Below are positions 1 to 9,200 of a DNA stretch of 64,000 bases, in pieces; positions within the stretch are counted from its first letter, which is position 1, and each line of letters opens with the position of its first letter. A program made the position numbers and the translations under genes. The notes beneath the pieces are model-generated. The model worked only from the letters and a program-made list of their open reading frames with translations, was not told the origin of the DNA and did not search any database. Source of the DNA: Verrucomicrobiota bacterium (GTDB lineage: Bacteria > Chlamydiota > Chlamydiia > Chlamydiales > JAEYWL01); NCBI GenBank assembly GCA_023428915.1, contig JAEYWL010000046.1, positions 3 to 64,002 on the forward strand. Reading direction: 5' to 3'.

Positions 1-85
1 TAAATATACATGGTCGAAAAATTTTGCGGAAAAGATGCAAAAAAGGGCAATTTTAGCGACTAAATGGGGTTTTGAAAGATGTCTA
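1..85. repeat. Window-truncated copy of foldback MITE-like repeat (family E)
   Basis: nt 15-85 equal the reverse complement of 12646-12716 with 2 mismatches. It ends in the terminal motif gttttgaaagatgtcta shared with 12759-12775 and 17932-17948. Confidence 0.7.
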
Positions 86-103
86 ATAGATAATTCCATT
101 ATA

Positions 104-1420
104 TTAATTCTGTGAAAATTGGCTAGCCAGGGTTTCGGCGGCGGCTACGCAGTCGTTGACGGCGACGCCAGTAAACGAATTACCCAAGATGCGCAGGCGG
201 TAATTTAAACGGGCCTCTTCTTCGGCCAATAATTTAAGCATTTTTTGATGCCCTATAACGTACTGTGGTATGGCATTTTTGACATAATTTTCAATTAAAC
301 ATTCAGGATTCTCAGTTATTCCAAGATGCTTAGCTAAGGTGTCGAGCGCTGTTTGCTTTGCATTATGAAGAACTTCTGGACGCAGCATGACAGTAAGCCT
401 TGTTTCGTGGGGGTGCTGGTTTTGCTGCGGGAAAGTAGAGGAGTCCCAAGTAACGCCCAAAGCTAGTTGTTTTTGATTAGAGGGGATTAAATACCCAAAA
501 CCGCGGAGAGCATACGCATGGGGATACCCGCAGCTGACAGTTGTTACTGAGCGGAAAGGCATGTGTTTCATGGGAGCTGCTAAGGGAGATTCAGGCAGTA
601 AGGCGGCTAAGCTATGGGCTGGCAAAGTGGAGATAAGGTAGTCGGACTTATATGAAGCATGTTGACAAACTGCTTCGCATTCATTAGTGCCGATTTGGAT
701 GCTTTCGACGCTGCAATTGTATACAAGCGAGTCTTGCAGCTTATTGGCCAGAGTCTTGGTTAAAGTAGATAATCCCTGGCGAAACGAGAAAAGAGCTCTT
801 GGATGTTTTTTGGGAGAGGCATTTTTTGCAGCCGCAATCAAACCCAGCAGTACGCTGCCTCGTTCTTTTTCCCATGCGGGCAAAGAGGGAAAGGCAGCAG
901 CAGCCGAAAGACGATCAGGGCGCCCTGCATAAATGCCCGAGACAAGCGGATCTATTAACGTATCGGTAATGAACTGGTTAAAGCGGCGCGTAGTGAACTG
1001 GGCAATGCTTTCTTCATGGCGAGGCGGCTTGCGGCGATCCACTAAATCCTGTACTAAACCGGGTATGGCAGGCCATAACCAAGGTTGGGCAAGCAGTCCG
1101 GCTGGCGATGAAGGCAGCTGCCGCAATTTTTCCCGGTACCAAAGGTAGCGGTTGCTTGCACAAGTATCGGCCCAGATTATTTCGTCTTGCAGTCCTAATT
1201 CACCAGCCAGCCTAAGCGTAGCTTCGCCTGCTCCGCTGGCTCGGCAACTGCGGGGGCCAAGTTCAAAAAGATATCCCTGTTTATTGATGGTTTGGATCCA
1301 GCCGCCTGGCTGCTGTTTTTTTTCCAATATAGTCAGTTCCAGGGAAGAACCGTAGGCATTCTTGAGAAACCAGGCTGTTGCAAGACCTGATATACCCGCT
1401 CCTAAAATAATTATTTTCAT
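104..1420 (-). CDS. hemY: Protoporphyrinogen/coproporphyrinogen III oxidase, FAD-dependent (HemY type)
   Basis: 438 aa. N-terminal dinucleotide-binding motif MKIIILGAGISGLATAW followed by EKKQQPGGW. Length and layout fit the HemY/amine-oxidase fold. Confidence 0.8.
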   Translation of the reverse strand: MKIIILGAGISGLATAWFLKNAYGSSLELTILEKKQQPGGWIQTINKQGYLFELGPRSCRASGAGEATLRLAGELGLQDEIIWADTCASNRYLWYREKLRQLPSSPAGLLAQPWLWPAIPGLVQDLVDRRKPPRHEESIAQFTTRRFNQFITDTLIDPLVSGIYAGRPDRLSAAAAFPSLPAWEKERGSVLLGLIAAAKNASPKKHPRALFSFRQGLSTLTKTLANKLQDSLVYNCSVESIQIGTNECEAVCQHASYKSDYLISTLPAHSLAALLPESPLAAPMKHMPFRSVTTVSCGYPHAYALRGFGYLIPSNQKQLALGVTWDSSTFPQQNQHPHETRLTVMLRPEVLHNAKQTALDTLAKHLGITENPECLIENYVKNAIPQYVIGHQKMLKLLAEEEARLNYRLRILGNSFTGVAVNDCVAAAETLASQFSQN

Positions 1421-1661
1421 CAGTTTAGCTTTTTGCTTGGAAATTTATGTTCACATTGGGTAATTCAATACTATACCAAACACATTAGAAACTTGGTTTT
1501 TGACTGCGGCGCCAGCTTATCAAATCCCCAAGTTTCGCATAGGTATCGGTATAACCTAAATTCGAGGTTATTACTGTTTATTTTTGCAAAAAACGAAAAA
1601 AGGCATAAAATAAAATTAACAAGATTTCTATTAGCACACACTTTTTCAGCGGGTAATTCAA

Positions 1662-4283
1662 ATGTTTGACAAATTTACCAATCGCGCCAAGCAGGTTATT
1701 AAATTAGCCAAAAAAGAGGCGCAGCGTCTTAACCACAACTACTTAGGTACAGAGCACGTACTGCTCGGCTTATTAAAGCTAGGCCAAGGGGTAGCTGTTA
1801 ATGTCTTGCGCAACCTGAATATTGATTTTGATATCGTGCGCAGCGAAGTGGAGAAGCTGGTGGGCTATGGGCCGGAGATCCTAGTTTACGGCGATCCTGC
1901 ATTGACTGGCAAGGTAAAAAAAGTGTTCGAATACGCCAATGAAGAGGCTGCTAATCTCAATCACAACTATGTCGGCACTGAGCACCTGCTGCTAGGTTTA
2001 TTGCGCCAAACAGATGGCGTAGCTGCCCAAGTGCTCGAAAATCTCAATGTCAATTTAAAAGAAGTTCGCAAAGAGGTCTTAAAAGAACTAGAAACTTTCA
2101 ATCTGCAGCTGCCTCCTATAGGCGGGCCGGCTCCAGGACAGCCGCCTAATCCAGGTTCAAGCGGCGGACAAGGCCCTGGCTCCTCCAAAGCTTACGATAA
2201 AGGAGCTAACTCAGCAGCCGATAAGATGCCTGCCCTGCGCGCTTATGGCCATGATCTAACCGATATGTGCCGCGAAAACAAAATGGATCCCGTGATTGGG
2301 CGTAAAGAAGAAGTGGAGCGCCTGATCCTGATTCTATGCCGCCGACGTAAAAATAACCCTGTACTCGTAGGGGAAGCAGGCGTCGGTAAAACAGCTATTG
2401 TCGAAGGCTTAGCCCAAGCTATTGTCAAAGGCGATGTGCCAGATAACTTGCGCAACAAGCGTTTGATCACTTTAGACCTAGCCTTGATGATTGCCGGCAC
2501 CAAATACCGCGGGCAGTTTGAAGAGCGCATTAAAGCGGTCATGGATGAGATTAAGAAAAACGGCAATATTTTACTGTTCATCGATGAGCTGCATACGATT
2601 GTAGGCGCAGGAGCTGCAGAAGGCGCCATCGATGCTTCCAATATTTTAAAGCCGGCGCTATCGCGCGGGGAAATCCAGTGCATTGGCGCTACGACTATAG
2701 ATGAGTACCGCAAGCATATTGAAAAAGACGCTGCTTTAGAGCGCCGTTTCCAAAAAATTATTGTGCAGCCCAACTCTGTATCTGAAACCATTGAAATTCT
2801 CGGCGGCTTAAAGCAGAAGTACGAAGAACACCACAAGTGTATCTACACGCCTTCAGCTTTAAGTGCTGCTGCCATTTTATCAGACCGCTATATTCATGGC
2901 CGTTTCCTGCCTGACAAGGCAATCGACCTCATTGACGAGGCCGGTGCGCAAAGCCGTATAGCTATGATGAACCAGCCTCTTGATATCACCCGTTATGAGC
3001 AAGAGATTGAGACAACCCGCTTGGCAAAAGAAGAAGCTATTGGCCACCAAGAGTATGAAAAAGCTGCTAAGTTGCGCGATAAAGAGAAAAAACTGCGCGA
3101 AGAGCTGCAGCAAAGCCGTGCGCAATGGGAAGTCAATCGCGAAGAGCATCAAGTGATTGTCGAAGATGAAGATGTCGCCAATGTGATCGCAAAAAATACA
3201 GGTATTCCACTCAGCCGCTTAACAGAAGGCGAGACCCAAAAAGTCTTGAAAATGGAAGAGGTTTTGCGCCAAACCATTATTGGGCAGGATGAAGCGGTAA
3301 AAACGATTGCCCGCGCTATACGCCGCAGCAAAGCCGATATTAAAGACCCTAATCGCCCAATTGGCGCTTTCTTGTTCCTGGGGCCAACTGGCGTGGGTAA
3401 AACGCTGCTGGCCAGACTGCTGGCTATCCATATGTTTGGCGGCGAAGATGCCTTAATTCAGGTCGATATGTCTGAATATATGGAGAAATTTGCGGTTAGC
3501 CGTATGACAGGTTCTCCTCCAGGCTATGTAGGCCATGAAGAAGGCGGGCAGCTGACAGAACGCGTTCGTCAGCGCCCATATTCGGTAGTGCTTTTCGATG
3601 AAATCGAAAAGGCGCATCCCGATGTCATGGACTTGCTGCTGCAGATCCTGGAAGAAGGGCGTTTGACTGACTCCTTCGGCCGCAAAATAGACTTCCGCAA
3701 CACGATCATCATCATGACCTCTAACCTCGGCGCAGACCTTATTAGAAGAAGCACAGAAGTGGGCTTCGGCGCTAAAGAGGGCTCGATGGATTATCCTGTT
3801 ATGAAGGAAAAAATCGAAGCTGCCGTGAAGAAACACTTCAAGCCGGAGTTTCTCAACCGTCTAAACGGTGTAATTATTTTCCATCCGCTCTCTAAAGAGA
3901 GTTTGGCGCAAGTTATTGATTTAGAAGTCAACAAACTGCAAAACAGACTGCAGAAGAGAGAGCTTTCCATTACATTGGATGAAAAAGCCAAAGAATTCCT
4001 GGTCGACAAAGGCTTCCAGCCGGAAATGGGTGCCAGACCTTTACGCCGCACCATTGAAGAATATTTGGAAGATCCAATTGCCGAGATTATCTTGTCTCAT
4101 CCGGATGAAGGGCGTAAGATCCTTGTTACCCTTGAAGGAGACCATCTGGAGTTTAAGGACCAGGAAGTGAAGAAGCGGATAAAGGATAAAGACCGGGAAA
4201 AGGAAAAACTCAAAAAAGTGACAACTCCCAGCTTCTCCGGCGACCGTCAAGAAGGCGAGCGTCAGCAAGAAGACAAAGAATAA
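1662..4283 (+). CDS. clpC: ATP-dependent Clp protease ATP-binding subunit ClpC
   Basis: Duplicated Clp_N repeats ([11 protein letters not shown] and [11 protein letters not shown]). Two Walker A loops ([15 protein letters not shown] and GPTGVGKT). UVR-like [15 protein letters not shown]. Gly/Pro-rich linker and a Lys/Glu-rich C-terminal tail. Confidence 0.95.
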   Translation: MFDKFTNRAKQVIKLAKKEAQRLNHNYLGTEHVLLGLLKLGQGVAVNVLRNLNIDFDIVRSEVEKLVGYGPEILVYGDPALTGKVKKVFEYANEEAANLNHNYVGTEHLLLGLLRQTDGVAAQVLENLNVNLKEVRKEVLKELETFNLQLPPIGGPAPGQPPNPGSSGGQGPGSSKAYDKGANSAADKMPALRAYGHDLTDMCRENKMDPVIGRKEEVERLILILCRRRKNNPVLVGEAGVGKTAIVEGLAQAIVKGDVPDNLRNKRLITLDLALMIAGTKYRGQFEERIKAVMDEIKKNGNILLFIDELHTIVGAGAAEGAIDASNILKPALSRGEIQCIGATTIDEYRKHIEKDAALERRFQKIIVQPNSVSETIEILGGLKQKYEEHHKCIYTPSALSAAAILSDRYIHGRFLPDKAIDLIDEAGAQSRIAMMNQPLDITRYEQEIETTRLAKEEAIGHQEYEKAAKLRDKEKKLREELQQSRAQWEVNREEHQVIVEDEDVANVIAKNTGIPLSRLTEGETQKVLKMEEVLRQTIIGQDEAVKTIARAIRRSKADIKDPNRPIGAFLFLGPTGVGKTLLARLLAIHMFGGEDALIQVDMSEYMEKFAVSRMTGSPPGYVGHEEGGQLTERVRQRPYSVVLFDEIEKAHPDVMDLLLQILEEGRLTDSFGRKIDFRNTIIIMTSNLGADLIRRSTEVGFGAKEGSMDYPVMKEKIEAAVKKHFKPEFLNRLNGVIIFHPLSKESLAQVIDLEVNKLQNRLQKRELSITLDEKAKEFLVDKGFQPEMGARPLRRTIEEYLEDPIAEIILSHPDEGRKILVTLEGDHLEFKDQEVKKRIKDKDREKEKLKKVTTPSFSGDRQEGERQQEDKE

Positions 4284-4295
4284 TTCAGCAATTTG

Positions 4296-4325
4296 AAAGC
4301 GGCGATTTCTTCGCCGCTTTTTCTC
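4296..4325 (+). terminator. Rho-independent terminator after clpC
   Basis: Perfect 10-bp stem aaagcggcga/tcgccgcttt (4296-4305 and 4311-4320) with a 5-nt loop, followed by ttctcc. Confidence 0.75.
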
Positions 4326-4360
4326 CGGTTCGATTTATCTAACCCCTCCGATTAAAAAAC

Positions 4361-5248
4361 CTATTCAATGGTTTTTGTTTGCATCAACAAGTTGCGAAAA
4401 AGATCAACCGACCAGTCGGCGATTTGTGCATAATTAGTAACAAATGGCTGCATATCTGCTTTTGCAGAGGCAAAATCAATGCGTTCAATTTTATCGAGCA
4501 TGAGTTTTTCAAAACGATTTCTTGTTAAAGTTTCACCATTCTGAAGAGTGCCTGTTCGTTGCATGTGGATGGCTAGACGAGGTAGTGATAGAATAGTGTT
4601 TTGACGCACTAACCAGTACCAATCATACCAATCACGTCCCTTCACGCGTCCCTTCCATTCCCTGAAAAGGACTGCATGCATTTTCCCTGCAAATATATCT
4701 GTTAATACTACAGTGCGGATACCAACGCTAAAGGGTGTTAAAAGAAATCGCGTTTCGACATCATAAGCGGGTGCAGGATCTGTATCGACCTCTATCTTAA
4801 TTTTCAGCAACATCTCTGGGTGTAATCCATGCACAAGGTTTCTGGGAATTCCTATTTTCAAAAGTTCACCGAGTGTGTTTGTTTTGATAAAAGCAGAACG
4901 AATAGGTGTTTCCCAGCTTTTATCTTTTGTATCAATTTCCACAGAAAAGCCAAATGACATGAGTTCATTTCGAATGGCTTCATGGTATGGCTCTAGAGAA
5001 TATTTCGGATCCGGTGTAAGGAGTGTGAAATCAAGGTCTTCAGAAAAGCGGTCAAGTCCATAAAGAATGCGAAGTGTTGTGCCTCCATAGAACGCCGCAT
5101 GTTCAAAAAAACGGGCTCTCCAAAGGGCAATGAGTGCTAACTCTTGAAGAATTTCTTTTAACGCTCGTTCATATTGAGTTCGTGTCTCACACTTGTATCT
5201 TCGCAACATTGTTTCTAGGGCCGGATTCATTTTTTTCCCTTTAACCAT
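4361..5248 (-). CDS. abiEii: AbiEii/AbiGii-family nucleotidyltransferase toxin (type IV TA / abortive infection)
   Basis: 295 aa. Signature FYGGTTLRILYGLDRFSEDLDFTL is typical of DUF1814/AbiEii. Overlaps the upstream AbiEi gene by 22 nt. Confidence 0.85.
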   Translation of the reverse strand: MVKGKKMNPALETMLRRYKCETRTQYERALKEILQELALIALWRARFFEHAAFYGGTTLRILYGLDRFSEDLDFTLLTPDPKYSLEPYHEAIRNELMSFGFSVEIDTKDKSWETPIRSAFIKTNTLGELLKIGIPRNLVHGLHPEMLLKIKIEVDTDPAPAYDVETRFLLTPFSVGIRTVVLTDIFAGKMHAVLFREWKGRVKGRDWYDWYWLVRQNTILSLPRLAIHMQRTGTLQNGETLTRNRFEKLMLDKIERIDFASAKADMQPFVTNYAQIADWSVDLFRNLLMQTKTIE

Positions 5249-5868
5249 TCAATTATTAATTTTATTATCGGCGATCCTCCAGCCTTCAAGATTTCATTTA
5301 ACTTTCCAATTCGCATTCGACTGACTAATGCAGGATCAAGTCTAAGATCATCAAAAAACAGATCGACGAGTTCATTCAATGTTTCTGGCTGGTCATTGCG
5401 AAAATAAAGAAGATCGGCAAGTGCTTTTTCAGGTGTTGCGACCAATGCAGTTTCGTTATTTCTTATTGAAACCAGATTGAAGTTGACTTGGTAAAGTTTA
5501 GTAGGAAGATGAACATAACTAAATCTGCCAATTGGGGTATCGAAATTCCGAGCGCGTTTTGTAGACATGCTTGTGACCTCTGCAATGTATTCAGGAATTA
5601 ATCCATAATAAGCAAGAGCATATTCTCGTGAAATATAGGAGGGACCATAGATCTTATTTGCTAGGATTTCTTGACTGTATGGTCCCTTTCGATAATTAGC
5701 GCCAAACAAATATAACCCTTTCTTGACTCGGATTAAATCACCTTTTTTTAGAAGAGTAGTTAATTTGGCTCTAGGCGATTTGTAATCTCTAAGGCAATCC
5801 ATGACAAAAGTATAGTCAATTTCTTCGCCTTGAGATTTATTTCTGAGTTGAAACATTATGTTGGTCAT
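5227..5868 (-). CDS. abiEi: AbiEi-family antitoxin / transcriptional regulator
   Basis: 213 aa. N-terminal wHTH-like LLKKGDLIRVKKGLYLF is typical of AbiEi. Lies directly upstream of, and overlaps, the AbiEii gene. Confidence 0.85.
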   Translation of the reverse strand: MTNIMFQLRNKSQGEEIDYTFVMDCLRDYKSPRAKLTTLLKKGDLIRVKKGLYLFGANYRKGPYSQEILANKIYGPSYISREYALAYYGLIPEYIAEVTSMSTKRARNFDTPIGRFSYVHLPTKLYQVNFNLVSIRNNETALVATPEKALADLLYFRNDQPETLNELVDLFFDDLRLDPALVSRMRIGKLNEILKAGGSPIIKLIIEWLKGKK

Positions 5869-5878
5869 ATTTATTTGC

Positions 5879-5970
5879 CAGTATGTATGGATTTATCATA
5901 CATATCAGCAAGTTTATTGTATAGAATTATGACATATAATTTGTCAGTATGTATGGATTTATCATACATA
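5879..5970 (-). promoter_or_regulatory. Putative AbiEi operator pair in the abiE promoter
   Basis: Identical 26-bp direct repeats cagtatgtatggatttatcatacata at 5879-5904 and 5945-5970, 66 bp apart. Each contains the inverted repeat gtatgtatg / catacata(c). The first repeat is 11 bp upstream of the abiEi ATG. Confidence 0.55.
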
Positions 5971-6045
5971 CATGACAATATGTCGGTAAGCCTTTTCTCG
6001 TATATATATTAAAAAAATATATATTAAAAAAACTTTTTTCAATCT

Positions 6046-6098
6046 TTAGGCCTTGTAGGATAAGTCTCCCTTCGGTCGACTTATCCTACAAGGCCTAA
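6046..6098. repeat. Perfect 21-bp-stem hairpin (possible bidirectional terminator or insulator)
   Basis: ttaggccttgtaggataagtc (6046-6066) pairs perfectly with gacttatcctacaaggcctaa (6078-6098). The 11-nt loop contains ttcg. Confidence 0.6.
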
Positions 6099-6233
6099 AA
6101 GCAATCGGACATTAGTTTTTTTATTTTCTGAGCGCTTTAACGAAGAGTGTAATATGTTGTCGATTATAAAATTTAAACAATAATTATAATTTGTTTATAA
6201 TTTAATTATTGTTACTTAATTTAAGGTAGGAAT

Positions 6234-9200
6234 ATGGGTTATGCTCCTTCATTTTCTTCTTGGTCCTGGGTTGAAACACATACTGATCAGCAAGTGTTAG
6301 ATAAATTGCAAGCTGAGCCTTCATTCTTGATAAAATTAGAGGAGGGTACGCCAACTGCAAAACAGGCGGGCCGTTTGATTCTTATTCTCACGAAAATGCC
6401 CGCCAGCAGCGACACCGTAATACAAGAGCAATTCAATGGGCAAATAAAATTGCTTTTTAACTTTCTAGCGGGACAGAATCTAGTGCCGAAAGCACGTAAT
6501 GTAGATCGCGCTGAAGAAGGGAAATTAAAAGCAATCTTTAGGAGAATGCTGCCTGCGTCCGAGCTTGAGCGCGGCCTAAAACAAGCCATCCAGCATAATC
6601 AGCCGCAGCTAGCTTATGAAATTCTGAATTGCCTGGAGCGTATGGACGCTAACTTAAAAGGTCCGCATAATGAGCCTTTATTAGAGTGGGCTTTGATGCA
6701 AGGTGTTCCTGAACTGGCTGCTCTTATGCTTAAAAAAGGCCATCTGCCAAAGAAAGAAGTGTTCGATACCTTGCATTTAGCAGTACATGCCGATAAAACA
6801 GAGTTTTTTGGTAATGATCTTTTTGTTACTCAACTGCTTGAATCTTATAACGACCCCCGTCAGTTAATTCTTTTAGCTTTAACCATGAAGGAAGAAGGCA
6901 TGCAGCAGCGCCTTCTCGGGAAAATTGATAACTGGCAGGAACATCTAAATGATTGTAATTTTTTTCAAAAAATCCTGAAGCAAGGCCCTGGTGTCGCTGT
7001 CAAAATTATACAGGGATTAAAGACGATTCCAGAGCCAAATCGTGCTAATTTTATTACTGAAAATTTAAAAGGATTAACTTGTTTAGCTGCCTTGCACGTT
7101 TCTGCTTTGCAAGCTTTAAAAGAATTAGCTCCTCCGGATGAATTTAAAGAGGTCATCAAAAACCCTGAAACAGGCGTATTATTTTTTGCACGTGATACAG
7201 AGACCCTGGATTGTATTGCAAGCACTATCAGTAAAAGCGAATTTTTTAAATTGCTTTCATCTCCTTTACCTTCAATTTTAAGGCAAAATTTTGAATCCAT
7301 TCATTTTCATAAAGAAAACCTTTTTGATCAAGGAAGCAAAGTTTCTCTTAAAGCAGGATTGGCGTTGTTCGTTAGTGCTATGGCAGGTGCATCTTATAAT
7401 AGTATTAGCGATCCTAAAAATGAAAAATGGCCCGTAATAATGACAACACTTGCGGGGCTGGCAGGGGCAGCGACTATACTTTCCGCGCTAAGCGCTATGC
7501 TAATTTCAGGCATATTGCAATCCACGGAAGCATCAAAATATAAAAGTAAAGTAGCACTTATTCATGCTTCAGCCTTGCAAGTGCTTTTACTTTCTTTAAG
7601 ATTGGATCCCAAGCATTCCAAGTTACAAAGTTTTGTTGAGTATTTTCTGACACATTTTTCTGCTAGCGAACTGGCTAAATTAATGGAGACTCTGCCTTTT
7701 AATCCCTTTCTTGGCAGTTTAGATAAAGAATATCCTGAGTTTAAATTTTCCGAAGAAGATCTAATAAAAAATATTAAACTTTTAAAAAAATATTACACTA
7801 ATGAAGAAGTTGCAGATATTTTAAGTAAAAACTACTCACAATACTTTAAAAATACAATTCTTGATAGGAAAATTATTTTAAACATTGCCAGGGAACTGGG
7901 AGCACAATTTGTTGAAAGTTGGTTTACAAAAATCTTCGATCAAAACTTCAGGGAAATACGTAATTCAATTAATCTTAAACAAACCAAAATACTTTTTAAT
8001 TTAATGATTAAATACTTAGGAATGGAAAAAGTATTAAAATTTTTAGAGCCTTATTTAAGAGCATCTCCTTTTGAGGGTTATAATCTATATCTTATTGATA
8101 ATTTTATTTTTAATCTTCCAGCTATAACCCTTAAAGAATTATTCAAAGCAGAATCTAATACTCTTCTAAATGGCTATCTGATAAATCAATTAATAAAGGA
8201 GGAGTCAACAAGTTTTTTTGATTTTCTTAAAAACTTACCCTATGAAGAACGGGTAGAATTTATTTTAGAGCACAATATTTTCCATTTAATAGCCGAACAA
8301 AAAAGTCCTGCTTTCGCTGAAGCTTTATCTGCTTCCCCCAGCAAGCTATACAGCTATTTTGCGGAGCTCTTAAAGCATCCGGATAAGGCTGTTCAGAAAA
8401 ACAGCTGGCGGGCCGTGCTGTCTAAAGAGGTAAAGGGCAAAAATGTGTGTGCTCTTGCGCCTCCAAGTGTCTTGAATTTTTTTGCTAAAAAGCTTTCTGT
8501 AATCGAAATTTGTAAATTACTAGAAAAAGGTCCTTATAAATATAGAATAGAGCTGTTGTTCCTTATGTCTAAAAATGAAACTATTTTTAATAAAAATTCT
8601 GGTTTAGATATGCCAGTCTTTTTGCGGCAAAAAGATAAAAACGGAACAATCTTTCATCAACTTGTCGAATCTCCTAATAAAGGCGAATATATATTCAAAA
8701 CGATTTCAAAAAATCTATCCACGTCAGAAGTAAGAGAACTGCTAACAAAAAAAAATAGCGACTCGCTTACCGCTATTGACTCAATGTTATCTACGCATAA
8801 TAGAAAAATTTTAAGAAATATAAAAAAACATTATCCTGATGTAATTAAGGAGTATATTTCTGTCGACAATCCGCAGATTCTCCCTTTACTAAAAAATGAA
8901 ACAGATTATCAGTTGGTTAAATCTTTTGATTCTCGTTTTGCTTATTTAGAGCTGTTTTATGAAAATGGCATGTTACGCAAGACGTTTAAAGTGAAAAGTG
9001 AAAAGATAGAAAGCTGGCTTGTCCCTAGTTCAGAATTTGACCAATTGGCAAATATAGTGAAGAGTGAAGAGATAGAAAAGTGGCTTGTCCCTAGTTTTCC
9101 AAAATTTGCCCAATGGGCAAAAAAACAGAGCTTCGATGATGAGTCGACTAGTCTAAATTATTTGGCCAAAGCAAAAATAGACCCTTCTGAGTTTGTAAAA

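Noticed and set aside
1631-1658. CIRCE-like half-site ttagcacac just upstream of clpC
   Set aside because: The required inverted partner (gagtgctaa after a 9-nt spacer) is absent, because the sequence continues ctttttcagcgggtaatt. One half-site is not enough to call an HrcA operator.
1433-1669. 78-aa ORF upstream of clpC
   Set aside because: It lies in the AT-rich promoter region between divergent hemY and clpC, and has no RBS or recognisable motif.
1967-4268. Multiple 60-197-aa ORFs antisense to or out of frame within clpC
   Set aside because: They are embedded entirely in a strongly supported ClpC reading frame, have low-complexity or Arg/Ser-rich translations and no RBS. They are typical shadow ORFs.
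4327-4335. ggttcgatt resembling a tRNA T-arm
   Set aside because: No acceptor stem, anticodon arm or D-arm can be built around it. It lies just downstream of the clpC terminator hairpin (4296-4325).
5830-6012. 60-aa ORF across the abiE promoter repeats
   Set aside because: The reading frame is produced by the two 26-bp repeats (VCMDLSYI appears twice). There is no RBS, so it is better explained as operator DNA.
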